64,000 nt of DNA from an uncultured Thiotrichales bacterium (GCA_964636225.1 CAZWQM010000003.1:66172-130171), one strand, 5' to 3'. Positions 9,444 through 20,055 are shown, counted from the first letter of the stretch. A program made the numbers and translations. The notes: generated from the sequence alone by a model not told the origin.

Positions 9444-9821
9444 CTATTTAACGATTTTTAAATGAGAACGTTTTGTAGATGGGTTGCCCGGATCAGGTGG
9501 TGGCGTGACCTCGTTATCTTCACCAAACATCATGCCCTGGCCATTCTCACGAGTATAAATAGCAAGTACAAAACCTATAGGAATATATACAGAAATTGGT
9601 TCGCCATCAAAACGCGCATTGAAGGTGACCGCATCGTTACTGATTTCCAGCGCTTGTGTCGCAGTAGGACTAATATTTAATACGATCTTGCCTTCTTGTT
9701 CATACTGCCGTGGAACGTGCACACTTTCATCACTGGTATCTACTAGTAGATGCGGTGTCATGCCGTTATCTAGAATCCACTCCAGTATGGCACGTACCAG
9801 GTAAGGACGGGTTGATGTCAT
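9444..9821 (-). CDS. sspB: ClpXP specificity-enhancing factor SspB
   Basis: RPYLVRAILEWILDNGMTPHLLVD...IVLNISP...FNARF matches E. coli SspB residue for residue in its conserved N-terminal domain. Confidence 0.85.
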   Translation of the reverse strand: MTSTRPYLVRAILEWILDNGMTPHLLVDTSDESVHVPRQYEQEGKIVLNISPTATQALEISNDAVTFNARFDGEPISVYIPIGFVLAIYTRENGQGMMFGEDNEVTPPPDPGNPSTKRSHLKIVK

Positions 9822-9890
9822 CAGTTACCTTATGTACCAAAAAGTAGTAAACGTCTGTATCTATCGATTAAGACAATCCGGTCAAACAAC

Positions 9891-10520
9891 CTAGATAGGC
9901 CGCATCTCCAGCTCTTCTTCAGACAAACTGCTGCGGAATGAAGGACGATCAAATACTCGATTACCATATTCCACAATAGCTTTCGCCTCACGAGGCAGCT
10001 GTATATTCAGAGTAGGCAGTCTCCACAACAGAGGGGCAATTGAGCAATCTACCAGACTAAACTCATCACTCAAGAAATAAGTCTTAGCTTTAAAGATTTC
10101 AATCGAACTAATTAAGCTATCTTGCAGAATTTTTCGAGCTTTTTCGCTGGATGCTTCATCACCATGCAAAATGGTATCAATAGGCGCGTACCAGTCTTTT
10201 TCTATATGAAATAGTGCCAGACGTGATTTGGAACGCGATACCGGATCCACTGGCATTAGCGGAGGGTGAGGAAATCGCTCATCAAAGTATTCCATGATCA
10301 CACGGGAGTCGTACAACACAAGATCACGATCTACTAATGTTGGAACTGAATTGTATGGATTAAATTCTGACAGATCTTCCGGCTTGTTATTCTGGTCAAT
10401 CTGCAGTACATCTGCAGTAATGTCTTTTTCTGATAGAACGATTCTTGTGCGATGACTTTGTATGCAGACGGGGTCTGAAAACAAAGTCATCACGGATCTT
10501 CGATTAGCGATTAACGCCAT
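9891..10520 (-). CDS. sspA: stringent starvation protein A (GST-like)
   Basis: MTLFSDP...SHRTRIVLSEKD...VPTLVDRDLVLYDSRVIMEYFDERFPHPPLMP, adjacent to sspB. Confidence 0.9.
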   Translation of the reverse strand: MALIANRRSVMTLFSDPVCIQSHRTRIVLSEKDITADVLQIDQNNKPEDLSEFNPYNSVPTLVDRDLVLYDSRVIMEYFDERFPHPPLMPVDPVSRSKSRLALFHIEKDWYAPIDTILHGDEASSEKARKILQDSLISSIEIFKAKTYFLSDEFSLVDCSIAPLLWRLPTLNIQLPREAKAIVEYGNRVFDRPSFRSSLSEEELEMRPI

Positions 10521-10544
10521 AATTATTCCAAGGTTTGTTGAGAA

Positions 10545-11351
10545 TTAATGTATATCTTTCCAGTAATCACGCTTCATGAAATAGGCAAGTATTCCAAACG
10601 CCGCTAGAAAGAATAACACAGCTACACCAATACCCTGACGTTTAAGTTGAACGGGCTCTCCCATGTACACAAGGAAGTTAACCAGATCAACTACCATGGA
10701 GTCATATTCTTCCTCGGTTAATTTTCCTGGCGTAGCCATCACGAAAGGAGACGCATGTTTCATACCATGCCCCGCCTTGTGACTCTCTTCCATTGCTTTA
10801 TCTCCAGACTTGGCTTCTTCCTGCCCACTATTAGCATGAGTCTGTTCAGCGAGGGGCGCCAGTTCTTGTAGCCCCTGTAGTTCCCACAATACGTGCGGCA
10901 TGGAAGTGCCGGGGAACTGCAGGTTATTAACACCACGAGTCGCTGACTCATCAACATAGAACGACTTTAAGAAGCTATAAATCCAGTCCGCACCCCGAGC
11001 ACGCGCTTTGACACTCAGATCTGGAGGCGGAGCACCAAACCATTCCTTACCCTGTTCGGGTGTCAGCGCTACCGTCATAGTGTCACCAAATTTTCGGCCC
11101 GTGAAGATCAGGTTTTCACGCATGTTCAACTCACTGATTCCGAGATCAGCAGCTACCCGATTATATCGACTATAAGAAGCGGCATGACAGGACAGGCAAT
11201 AGTTCATAAACACTTTGGCACCACGCTGCAATGACTTTTGATGGTGCACATCAGCATTCATTGTGAACAACGGGCCCTGGCCTGCGGCCGCCCAGCTTAC
11301 TGATGAAGTCAGAAGAGCTGCTACACAAATTAATTTACAAAGATTCTTCAT
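10545..11351 (-). CDS. petC: cytochrome c1 of the bc1 complex
   Basis: Signal peptide, heme-binding CLSCHA, and a C-terminal transmembrane anchor. Confidence 0.85.
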   Translation of the reverse strand: MKNLCKLICVAALLTSSVSWAAAGQGPLFTMNADVHHQKSLQRGAKVFMNYCLSCHAASYSRYNRVAADLGISELNMRENLIFTGRKFGDTMTVALTPEQGKEWFGAPPPDLSVKARARGADWIYSFLKSFYVDESATRGVNNLQFPGTSMPHVLWELQGLQELAPLAEQTHANSGQEEAKSGDKAMEESHKAGHGMKHASPFVMATPGKLTEEEYDSMVVDLVNFLVYMGEPVQLKRQGIGVAVLFFLAAFGILAYFMKRDYWKDIH

Positions 11352-12739
11352 GAAGTAACCCTCTCTGGAACTGGTTTATCTTGATCAAGGTTAGTAAAGG
11401 CTGCAACAACCAGAGTTACAAAAAGATAAGCAATCGGAATAATCCAGGTCTTCCACGTCAATTCTGCGATTTCCGGATTATTTCTGAACCAGTCATAGAA
11501 GGTAATGATTGCGCCAAATATGACAAACCACATTAGGTAACTACCTGCAGATCTTGGCTTGCTATAAATGGCCAATACCGCAAAAAACAGGAAGTACAGC
11601 TCTGATAATCGCAATGCCATCTGAGAAGCCATAGGTGTAACTGCTTGCATTCCGAGATAACCGAGCCATACAAACGCCACCATAAACACTACCAGATTCA
11701 CTTTGAACAGGAAGCTTCGGTAGCGAATGGATTTTACTTTATTAGTATCAATCCACGGCAACAGGAAAAGTACAAATACGGCACCGCCCATAGCAACCAC
11801 ACCCCAGAACGGATTCGGGATAGCTCTTAATACAGTATAGAATGGTGTGAAATACCAGACCGGTGCAATATGCTCAGGTGTGGCCAGCGGATTGGCCGGT
11901 TCAAAGTTAGCATGCTCCAGGAAGTAACCACCCATTTCCGGTGCAAAAAACACGACCAGGGCAAAGATAAACAGGAACACTGCCACACCCACGATATCTT
12001 TTACAGAGTAATAAGGGTGGAATGGAATACCGTCCAATGGAATTCCGTCAGGACCTTTATTCTTTTTAATTTCAACACCATCCGGATTGTTTGAACCCAC
12101 AGTATGCAGCGCAGCAATATGCGCGACCACTAAACCCAATAGAACAATCGGTACCGCAATAACATGCAGGGCAAAGAAACGGTTCAGGGTGGCATCAGAA
12201 ACAACGAAATCACCTCGAATCCAAAGAGCCAGATCATCTCCAATCACAGGAATGGTACCAAAGAGGTTTACAATTACCTGCGCACCCCAGTAAGACATTT
12301 GTCCCCAAGGCAATAGGTAACCCATAAAGGCTTCTGCCATCAGACACATATAGATCATCATGCCAAATAGCCAGATTAATTCACGCGGTTGTTTAAATGA
12401 CCCGTACATCAACCCTCGCAACATGTGCAAATACACCACAATGAAGAATGCCGAAGCGCCAGTGGAGTGCATGTAGCGCACTAACCATCCCCAGTTGACA
12501 TCACGCATGATGTATTCGACGGATGCGAACGCGAGCTGGGCATCGGGTTTGTAGTGCATGGTCAGGAAAATACCGGTAACAATTTGTATTACCAGTACTA
12601 GCAGCGCCAGAGAACCAAAGAAATACCAGAAGTTAAAGTTTTTTGGCGCGTAGTATTTGGATAGATGTGCTTCCCAGAACTCGATTACCGGAAGACGGGA
12701 ATCGACCCATTCAATAATTCCGTTTACTTTTTTAGTCAT
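11348..12739 (-). CDS. petB: cytochrome b of the bc1 complex
   Basis: A 463 aa polytopic protein with the conserved cytochrome b histidine-ligand helices. It sits between the Rieske and c1 genes. Confidence 0.9.
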   Translation of the reverse strand: MTKKVNGIIEWVDSRLPVIEFWEAHLSKYYAPKNFNFWYFFGSLALLVLVIQIVTGIFLTMHYKPDAQLAFASVEYIMRDVNWGWLVRYMHSTGASAFFIVVYLHMLRGLMYGSFKQPRELIWLFGMMIYMCLMAEAFMGYLLPWGQMSYWGAQVIVNLFGTIPVIGDDLALWIRGDFVVSDATLNRFFALHVIAVPIVLLGLVVAHIAALHTVGSNNPDGVEIKKNKGPDGIPLDGIPFHPYYSVKDIVGVAVFLFIFALVVFFAPEMGGYFLEHANFEPANPLATPEHIAPVWYFTPFYTVLRAIPNPFWGVVAMGGAVFVLFLLPWIDTNKVKSIRYRSFLFKVNLVVFMVAFVWLGYLGMQAVTPMASQMALRLSELYFLFFAVLAIYSKPRSAGSYLMWFVIFGAIITFYDWFRNNPEIAELTWKTWIIPIAYLFVTLVVAAFTNLDQDKPVPERVTS

Positions 12740-13338
12740 TATGCTGCCCCTTCGTCAAGTTCACCGACTACGATCAGGTTGTCGCTTATATATTTATAAG
12801 GTGGGACTTCCAGGTTTTTATTAGCGGGTACATTCTTGTATACACGACCAGCTATATCAAATTTAGAACCATGACACGGGCAGTAGAAACCTCCGACCCA
12901 ATCAGGCCCCAAATCTTCGGGAGCCACTTCCGGGCGGAAGGTAGGAGAGCATCCTAGATGAGTACAAATACCCACCAGCACGAGTATATTGGGTTTAAGG
13001 GAGCGCATTTCATTACGTGCAAACTCTGGCTGTTGTGTCAGATCGTCAGAATTTGGGTCACGAACTCTGTCGCTTGTTGAATCCAGCAAAGATACCATTT
13101 CCTTGGAACGTTTAACGATCCAGACCGGCTTACGTCGCCACTCTACCTGAATCTTTTGACCCGCCTCCATCTTACTGATATCCACCTCAACAGGTGCTCC
13201 TGAAGCCAGCGCCCTGGCACTCGGACTCATGGTGGATAAAAATGGCATCACTGCAACACCAGTACCCACCGCTCCCACCACACTTGCACTCACCGTCAGC
13301 ATTTTTCGACGACCCGTGTCTACAACGTGCTCTGACAT
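12739..13338 (-). CDS. petA: ubiquinol-cytochrome c reductase Rieske iron-sulfur subunit
   Basis: A Tat-like N-terminus (RRKML) and the Rieske boxes CTHLGC and CPCHGS. Confidence 0.9.
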   Translation of the reverse strand: MSEHVVDTGRRKMLTVSASVVGAVGTGVAVMPFLSTMSPSARALASGAPVEVDISKMEAGQKIQVEWRRKPVWIVKRSKEMVSLLDSTSDRVRDPNSDDLTQQPEFARNEMRSLKPNILVLVGICTHLGCSPTFRPEVAPEDLGPDWVGGFYCPCHGSKFDIAGRVYKNVPANKNLEVPPYKYISDNLIVVGELDEGAA

Positions 13339-13502
13339 GTAACTCTCCTTAACGATTGCCTAATATGACCTGCATTTAGCCAGCTTTACTGCGCTATAAA
13401 ATTGTCCCTAGATTACAGCGAATCTTACTCTGCCACCTAAAAGCGCGGTAGGATGGCGTAACTCGTAAAAAACGTCAAGGCAAATTCAATATTTCTGGAT
13501 TC

Positions 13503-14261
13503 TCAGGCGGGATTAATTTCATCAAAAAAACGCGCCTGTAAGCCAAATTTTTGCACCAAATGTTCCGCCAACGCCTGTACCCCGTATCGCTCCGTGGCAT
13601 GATGTCCCGCCGCAATGAAGTGAATCCCGCATTCTCTAGCAATATGTACAGTTTGTTCGGAAATTTCGCCAGTCAAATAGACATCTGCATCACTTTCTAC
13701 GGCATCACTAATCATGTGTTGCGCGCCGCCCGTACACCAGGCAATTCGCTGCACTTTTTCCGGACCTGTATTGATATGTATCACTTCGCGCTTCAGAAGC
13801 TGTGAGCACTGAGCGACGAATTGGTTTATCTCCATCCTTGTATCCAGTAAACCCACATTGCCCACTGAGTTCTTGCTGAATTTCTGAAGTGGCTCAACAT
13901 TCAAAATGTTTAGTTTTTGAGCAATTTGGGCATTATTGCCGACTTCGGGATGCGCATCCAAAGGCAAATGGTAGGCTAACAGACTCATATCGCTTGCCAA
14001 CAAGGCTTTCAGGCGCTGCTGCTTCATTCCTACTATGGCCGCCGGCTCATTCTTCCAGAAGTACCCGTGATGTACGAGAAGACAGTCTGCACCCCACTGC
14101 GCAGCCTGCTGGATGACTGCCAGACTGGCGGTGACGGCACTGGCAATTTTACTTATTTGCATTTTACCTTGAACCTGAAGGCCGTTCGGACAGTAATCGT
14201 TAAAATTACTGACGTGTAGATAGTCATTCGTGTAATCCGTTATTTCAGTTAAAGTTAGCAT
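13503..14261 (-). CDS. Nif3-family dinuclear metal center protein (YbgI/YqfO-like)
   Basis: PNGLQVQG ... LLVHHGYFWK ... and a C-terminal FIAAGHHATERYG are Nif3 signatures. Confidence 0.8.
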   Translation of the reverse strand: MLTLTEITDYTNDYLHVSNFNDYCPNGLQVQGKMQISKIASAVTASLAVIQQAAQWGADCLLVHHGYFWKNEPAAIVGMKQQRLKALLASDMSLLAYHLPLDAHPEVGNNAQIAQKLNILNVEPLQKFSKNSVGNVGLLDTRMEINQFVAQCSQLLKREVIHINTGPEKVQRIAWCTGGAQHMISDAVESDADVYLTGEISEQTVHIARECGIHFIAAGHHATERYGVQALAEHLVQKFGLQARFFDEINPA

Positions 14262-14346
14262 AGGTTTTTATGGCACAAATTTCTGTCAACATAATAGCAA
14301 GAGTGTCTACTGACGTCAGGCACAACGCATGGTAGTGTAGCGCTTA

Positions 14347-15498
14347 ATGATACCCCGCAGATTTTTGTTTTTTTTAGTTCAATCGGTTGCCATAGGAATA
14401 ATCGCGGCAGCCATATTGATATTCCTGCTACCAAATAACTGGCTTAAATCAGCTTCGTCTGATGCCAACTCGCCGACCACTGCAGGGACCACATCAGGTC
14501 CCTTCTCATATGCAGATGCTGTTGCCAAAGCCGCCCCTGCAGTCGTCAATATCTACACCAAAAAACTGGTACTAGGGACACGTCAATTTTCCTCCACCAA
14601 CCCTCAGCTGGAACGCATGCTGAGAAATATGTATGGCAGAAAGCTGGATCGTACAGTCACCAGTTTGGGTTCCGGAGTTATAGTCACCGCTGAAGGCCAC
14701 ATACTGACAAATAATCATGTCATCGAAAATGCGGAAGAAATTGAAGTTTTTCTACGCGATGGCCGGCAATTGAATGCAACCGTAGTGGGCGCGGATCCTG
14801 AAACCGATCTGGCCGTACTGCAAATTCCCTCTACAGACGTTCCGCTGATTGAATTTGGTACCTCTCGACCTCTCGCTGTGGGAGATGTGGTGCTTGCCAT
14901 AGGCAACCCTTTTGGCTTGGGACAAACCGTCTCACAAGGAATTATCAGTGCAACAGGAAGAAACCAGTTGGGAGTCAACGTGTTTGAAAATTATATTCAA
15001 ACAGATGCTGCCATTAATCCTGGCAATTCAGGTGGCGCTCTGGTGAATGCCAAGGGTGAACTAATCGGTGTTAACACTATCACTTCGTCAAAAAATGGCT
15101 CATCAGTAGGCATTGGTTTTGCCATTCCGATTGTGTTGGCCAAAGAAGTGATGACCCATATGATTAAGTATGGCCGCGTCCTGCGGGGATGGATTGGCGT
15201 GCGTATACAGAACATATCCCCTCAATTATCAGAATCTTTTGGTTTGACTGACAGTGAAGGCGTCCTGGTTTCAGGTATTGTACGTGGAAGTCCAGCTCAT
15301 ACTGCGGGCCTGTACCCGGGTGATATTATTATCTCCATGAATGACCAAATCATCACGGATGAACGCCAAGTCTTGAATGAAGTGATTCGCTACAGTCTGC
15401 AGCAAAAAATTAATGTCACAGGTATACGCAATGGAGAATTGATGAAATGGGTCGTCGAGGTAGGACAACGTCCTATTTATGGGGCGCAGACTTATTAA
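14347..15498 (+). CDS. degS: membrane-anchored periplasmic serine endoprotease with one PDZ domain (DegS/AlgW type)
   Basis: An N-terminal transmembrane helix and a trypsin-like catalytic triad context (TNNHVI, DLAVLQ, GNSGGAL), followed by a single PDZ domain. Confidence 0.8.
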   Translation: MIPRRFLFFLVQSVAIGIIAAAILIFLLPNNWLKSASSDANSPTTAGTTSGPFSYADAVAKAAPAVVNIYTKKLVLGTRQFSSTNPQLERMLRNMYGRKLDRTVTSLGSGVIVTAEGHILTNNHVIENAEEIEVFLRDGRQLNATVVGADPETDLAVLQIPSTDVPLIEFGTSRPLAVGDVVLAIGNPFGLGQTVSQGIISATGRNQLGVNVFENYIQTDAAINPGNSGGALVNAKGELIGVNTITSSKNGSSVGIGFAIPIVLAKEVMTHMIKYGRVLRGWIGVRIQNISPQLSESFGLTDSEGVLVSGIVRGSPAHTAGLYPGDIIISMNDQIITDERQVLNEVIRYSLQQKINVTGIRNGELMKWVVEVGQRPIYGAQTY

Positions 15499-15598
15499 AT
15501 ATCCCAATACATTTCATATAATATATCAACCCGTATGTCGCAAGAGTAGACTTGAATGAAAACTTATCGCCTGCGTTGCAGTCATACTCATCACCCAA

Positions 15599-16147
15599 AT
15601 GAATACATTACATAATATAAACCTTGCCATGACCGCCAGATTATTCAATTCCGCACTCGCTGTGCTCATTTTATTAAGTTGTTATGCCACTGTAAGCTTT
15701 GCAAAATCCCCCGCCCGGGTTATTGCCGGCTGGGCGGAAAAAGTACGAGTTGAAAACCATCCTTATGACATCAAGGCAAAATTGGATACGGGAGCCAAAA
15801 CCTCGTCCATTCATGCGATTGATATCCAGCCATTCAAGCGAGATGGTGAACGCTGGGCTAAATTCACACTGATACTTAATGATAGTCAAGGCGAGCAACA
15901 CAAAATTACTTTGGAAAAACCACGCTCACGTAAAGCCAGCATAAAAAACCACGATGGTAATAATGATACGCGATATGTTATTGACCTTGAAGTATGCTTT
16001 AACGGTCGCAGGTTTACTACGGAATTCACATTGGCAGATCGCAGCGAATACATATACGATATTTTGCTGGGTCGGCAATTCCTTAAAGAGGCTGCGATTA
16101 TTGATCCTGATAAAACATTTTTAACCCTCGCCTCGTGCGAGGCATAA
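15599..16147 (+). CDS. secreted retropepsin-like aspartyl protease (the so-called ATP-dependent zinc protease, DUF785 family)
   Basis: It has a signal peptide. The sequence contains the aspartyl protease motif DTGA (AKLDTGAKTSSIH). Its size and its position next to a RimK-like ATP-grasp gene fit this family. Confidence 0.7.
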   Translation: MNTLHNINLAMTARLFNSALAVLILLSCYATVSFAKSPARVIAGWAEKVRVENHPYDIKAKLDTGAKTSSIHAIDIQPFKRDGERWAKFTLILNDSQGEQHKITLEKPRSRKASIKNHDGNNDTRYVIDLEVCFNGRRFTTEFTLADRSEYIYDILLGRQFLKEAAIIDPDKTFLTLASCEA

Positions 16148-16194
16148 TAGGCATCTCTTTTTCGGCAGTGGTACAATTTTAATAAAATCATTCT

Positions 16195-17721
16195 ATGCAC
16201 CGAACCCCTGTAATTTTCTGGTCCGCATTTTTTATCTTTGTCGGACTGGCTGTGTTTTTACACAAAACGATTCAGCTGGATTTTCCTTTGTCTGCCGATC
16301 AGAAAACTGAAGCATGGACGGTACAGGCTCGCCTTAGTTTTGAAGCCAACAAGCGCAATGTAAAAGCCATGCTTTATATTCCAGACCACACCCCTGGCTT
16401 ATCAAAACTGGAAGAATATTTTATCTCAGGGAAATTTGGTTTAAACACAAGTGAGAGCGGTGACAACAAAACCGCAAACTGGGCAATTAGAAAAGCCCAA
16501 GGCACCCAAACCCTCTACTACCGTACGACAGTTTCCAAATCGGCTAATACTGCTAAATGGAACGCTGTACCCGACTATCCGGCCGCACCACACTTTGCAG
16601 AACCCTATGCGACTGCCATCGCTAAAGTCATTGAGGATGTTCGTAGCCAGTCTGCGGATACATATACGTTCACCTACGAACTTATCTCCCAACTCAAGTC
16701 TTCTGATGCCAATGAAAATATTTCATTGATCCGCGGCCTGGCTGACTCGGATCAGGAAATTGCAGATCTGCTGATTGAGCTTCTATCCATTGCCCACATT
16801 CCTACTCGTAAACTTTGGGTGATCGCTCTGGCAGATGCCGTGACTAATGCACATCCGAAAGTACTGATACAGGCTTACAATGGAGACGAATGGATAACCT
16901 TTGACCCTAAAGATGGCAGCTCAGGTATACCTGCAAATCATTTGGTTTGGAAAGTCGGTGATGACGATTTTTACAAAGTTGAGAATGGGAAAAATGTCAA
17001 TCTTGAATTCTCGGTAACTAAAACCTACATCGAAGTACTGAACGTAGCCAAGCAAAATACGAAACGCTCAAATTCAATGCTTGGCCACTTAACTTTGTTC
17101 GCGTTACCGGTACAAAGCCAAAACACCTACAGTCTTTTGCTAATGGTTCCACTGGGAGCCATGCTGGTGGTATTCATGCGCGCATTTGTTGGTGTACAAA
17201 CATTTGGCACGTTCATGCCTATCTTAATCGCTGTCGCATTCCGTGAAACTCAATTACTCTGGGGCATTATACTTTTCACTGGAATTGTCTTTGTAGGGTT
17301 GCTAATCCGCTTCTACCTGGAGCATCTGCGCTTGCTACTGATTCCCAGACTGGCGGTTATTTTAGTCGTTGTTGTTACACTAATGTTAATCATCAGTTTT
17401 ATAACCAGACAACTGGGCGTGGAGAGACTGCTTTCTGTTTCTTTATTCCCAATGGTTATTATGGCCATGACTATTGAACGCATGTCTATATCCTGGGAAG
17501 AAAATGGAGCACAGGCCGCGCTTTTTCAGGGCCTGGGCAGTTTGATTGTCGCCTGCTTTGGTTATCTATTAATGACCAACGAGCATCTTTCTTACCTGAT
17601 GTTTGTATTCCCTGAATTGTTATTCGTGATATTGGGTATTTGTCTAATGATGGGACGTTATACAGGTTATCGACTCAACGAGCTGTACCGTTTCCGTGAA
17701 ATGAAATCGCCGCTTAAGTAG
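16195..17721 (+). CDS. 7TM membrane protein with a large N-terminal extracytoplasmic domain (inactive-transglutaminase-fused 7TM family)
   Basis: An N-terminal transmembrane helix, then about 280 aa of soluble domain, then seven hydrophobic helices at the C-terminus (about nt 17080-17700). Its position between the DTGA protease and the ATP-grasp gene matches the described three-gene cassette. Confidence 0.6.
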   Translation: MHRTPVIFWSAFFIFVGLAVFLHKTIQLDFPLSADQKTEAWTVQARLSFEANKRNVKAMLYIPDHTPGLSKLEEYFISGKFGLNTSESGDNKTANWAIRKAQGTQTLYYRTTVSKSANTAKWNAVPDYPAAPHFAEPYATAIAKVIEDVRSQSADTYTFTYELISQLKSSDANENISLIRGLADSDQEIADLLIELLSIAHIPTRKLWVIALADAVTNAHPKVLIQAYNGDEWITFDPKDGSSGIPANHLVWKVGDDDFYKVENGKNVNLEFSVTKTYIEVLNVAKQNTKRSNSMLGHLTLFALPVQSQNTYSLLLMVPLGAMLVVFMRAFVGVQTFGTFMPILIAVAFRETQLLWGIILFTGIVFVGLLIRFYLEHLRLLLIPRLAVILVVVVTLMLIISFITRQLGVERLLSVSLFPMVIMAMTIERMSISWEENGAQAALFQGLGSLIVACFGYLLMTNEHLSYLMFVFPELLFVILGICLMMGRYTGYRLNELYRFREMKSPLK

Positions 17722-17727
17722 TTATAC

Positions 17728-18669
17728 ATGTTAGCTTTCATCAGCCCCAAGCAACTTCGCAGACAAGGTGTACTTGGCATTAACCAACGCAATACTGATT
17801 ACATAATGCGTTATAATCCACGTCATTTATATCCTCTGGTTGATGACAAACTCACAACTAAAAGTCTGGCTATCAAAGCAGGCATAGAAGTGCCCAGGCT
17901 TTACGCCACGATAGAAATCAACCATGAAATAAACACGCTGAATTCATTACTGGAACAGCACACTGAGTTTGTTATCAAACCAGCACATGGCAGTGGGGGT
18001 AATGGAATCTTAGTGCTAGGCGGAAGAACAGGTAAATTTTATAAAACCGCGAGCGGCAATTTAATTACTCTGGATTACATCAAACACTATGTCTCCAATA
18101 TTTTATCCGGCATGTACAGCCTTGGTGGGCTTCCGGATAAAGCCTTTTTGGAATATCGCGTTCAATTTGACCCAATATTTAAAAAAGTCAGCTTTAAGGG
18201 TGTACCCGATATTCGCATAATTGTTTTTCAGGGGGTCCCTGTATGCGCCATGATTCGTTTACCCACCAGCAAGTCGGGTGGCAAGGCAAATTTACATCAG
18301 GGCGCGATTGGCGTCGGGATTAATCTGTCCACTGGCCATACCACACATGCCGTAGTGTCTAATAACTCAATCGGTACACATCCTGATACTGGACATACGA
18401 TTACCGATCTTCAAATCCCTAAATGGGAAAAAATTCTGGAAATCGCAATAAAATGTGCGGATACAGTCGGGCTGGGTTATCTTGGCGTAGATCTAGTTCT
18501 GGATAAAACACTCGGCCCGTTAATGCTGGAGCTGAATGCCAGACCCGGATTAAACATTCAACTGGCGAATCAGCAGGGCTTACTTGGAAAACTAAGACAA
18601 ATTGAACAACTAAATCGAATACCACGCGATCCAAGTGAAAGAATTGCCTTGTCCAAATCGTTAACTTAA
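17728..18669 (+). CDS. RimK-related ATP-grasp amidoligase (alpha-L-glutamate-ligase-like)
   Basis: ATP-grasp motifs: VIKPAHGSGGNGILV, IIVFQG, and LGVDLVLDKTLGPLMLELNARPGL (the E..N catalytic pair). Confidence 0.75.
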   Translation: MLAFISPKQLRRQGVLGINQRNTDYIMRYNPRHLYPLVDDKLTTKSLAIKAGIEVPRLYATIEINHEINTLNSLLEQHTEFVIKPAHGSGGNGILVLGGRTGKFYKTASGNLITLDYIKHYVSNILSGMYSLGGLPDKAFLEYRVQFDPIFKKVSFKGVPDIRIIVFQGVPVCAMIRLPTSKSGGKANLHQGAIGVGINLSTGHTTHAVVSNNSIGTHPDTGHTITDLQIPKWEKILEIAIKCADTVGLGYLGVDLVLDKTLGPLMLELNARPGLNIQLANQQGLLGKLRQIEQLNRIPRDPSERIALSKSLT

Positions 18670-18678
18670 CTCAAAAGT

Positions 18679-19092
18679 ATGCGGGACAGATTACTACATA
18701 AAACACTTGTCACTATACTCGTCAGTATTGTGAGCTTGTCAGCATATTCGTTAAGCCATGCTGATGAAGCATCCGATAGCACAACAGTTGAAAGCACACC
18801 TTCATCTAAAGTCGATCAGCCCGTTATTGCACCCAATATAGATCTGCATGAAGTCGCCCCTCTTCCTGCACCAGTTCCAGAATTAATACCGGACCCCAAT
18901 ACTGACATTGAAATACCTGCTTCCACGCAAGATCATTTAGATAGCGACGAAGCCACTTCGCCTTCACAGGCTGCCAATTTGAATACAGAAGATAATCCCA
19001 AGCAGCCAGCCACGCCTAAAACCAAAACGCCCAAGAAGCTTGTTATTCTGGGTTCAGAAGTTCCGGTGAATTCATCCGCACGCCTGGTCTAG
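18679..19092 (+). CDS. signal peptide plus Pro/Thr-rich linker, and the start of a COG3608 deacylase domain; it ends at an in-frame TAG
   Basis: The N-terminal signal peptide is MRDRLLHKTLVTILVSIVSLSAYSLSHA, followed by a low-complexity linker. The last residues (KKLVILGSEVPVNSSARLV) resemble the N-terminus of AstE/AspA-family deacylases. The frame is the same as ORF 19234..20055. Confidence 0.5.
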   Translation: MRDRLLHKTLVTILVSIVSLSAYSLSHADEASDSTTVESTPSSKVDQPVIAPNIDLHEVAPLPAPVPELIPDPNTDIEIPASTQDHLDSDEATSPSQAANLNTEDNPKQPATPKTKTPKKLVILGSEVPVNSSARLV

Positions 19093-19125
19093 TCGCCACA
19101 AATCACTATTTCTGGCTTGGCCTAA

Positions 19126-20055
19126 CCTACTCCTATTCTGGTCATTCATGGCGCAGAGCCAGGCCCGACTGTTTGCCTGACCAGCGCAATACATGGTGAT
19201 GAACTAAATGGTATAGAAGTTGTTCGACGTGTCATGTACGATATTAACCCGAGCAAGCTTTCTGGCACGCTGATTGGTGTTCCGATTGTCAATCTTCAGG
19301 GCTTTCAGCGCTCTTCCCGCTATTTATTTGATCGCCGTGATTTAAATCGCTTTTTCCCGGGAGATCCAAACGGCAGTCTGGCTTCCAGAATCGCTTATTC
19401 ATTTTTTCACAAAGTCATCGCTCACTGTGATTATCTTATTGATATTCATGCCGGTTCTTTTCGAAGAAATAATCTTCCACAAATTCGCGCTAATATGAGT
19501 GACCCTGAAGTTGCAAAATTTGTCGGCTCCTTTGACAAAATTGCTGTTGTTCATCATCCGGGAAATTCAGGCATGCTGCGTACCGAAGCGAACAATGCAA
19601 ATATTGTTGCCATCACCATGGAGCTGGGCGAGTCTTTACGCATACAGAAGAAGCAGATTGAGGCTGGTACTCACAGTATTAACAGCCTGCTGGATAAACC
19701 GGAGATGTATCCACGCAGTTTTATTTGGGGAGAACCCAAACCGGCCTACTATGAATCGCTTTGGTTACGCGCGGAAAGTGGCGGCATTCTATTTAGCGAA
19801 ATAAGTCTGGGTGACCGTGTTTCAAAAGGAGATATTATCGGGATGGTGACCGACCCGATTACCAATCAAAGCACCAATCTGATATCACCGGTTAATGGAA
19901 ACATCATCGGCATGGCAGTGAACCAAGTGGTGATTCCCGGTTTTGCTGCTTACCATATTGGCATTGCCTCGACACAGGAAGCTATGACTAAAGTTGAGAC
20001 AGATCAGATTCCTGTGGATATTGGTGATGACGGTGAAATAATCGACCCGGAGTAA
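19126..20055 (+). CDS. succinylglutamate desuccinylase/aspartoacylase-family (COG3608) zinc deacylase domain; the frame opens just after an in-frame TAA
   Basis: The in-frame translation upstream of the annotated Met reads PTPILVIHGAEPGPTVCLTSAIHGDELNG. This is the HGxE zinc motif of the family. It is followed by IDIHAG ... ELGE in the listed ORF. Confidence 0.7.
   Translation, partial: PTPILVIHGAEPGPTVCLTSAIHGDELNGIEVVRRVMYDINPSKLSGTLIGVPIVNLQGFQRSSRYLFDRRDLNRFFPGDPNGSLASRIAYSFFHKVIAHCDYLIDIHAGSFRRNNLPQIRANMSDPEVAKFVGSFDKIAVVHHPGNSGMLRTEANNANIVAITMELGESLRIQKKQIEAGTHSINSLLDKPEMYPRSFIWGEPKPAYYESLWLRAESGGILFSEISLGDRVSKGDIIGMVTDPITNQSTNLISPVNGNIIGMAVNQVVIPGFAAYHIGIASTQEAMTKVETDQIPVDIGDDGEIIDPE

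Noticed and set aside
18679-19092. Treating the 137-aa Pro-rich secreted ORF as an independent small secreted protein, for example a substrate of the ATP-grasp system
   Set aside because: Its C-terminal 20 residues and the in-frame continuation match the N-terminal region of COG3608 deacylases up to the HGDE motif. It is better explained as the N-terminus of the downstream gene, separated from it by nonsense codons.
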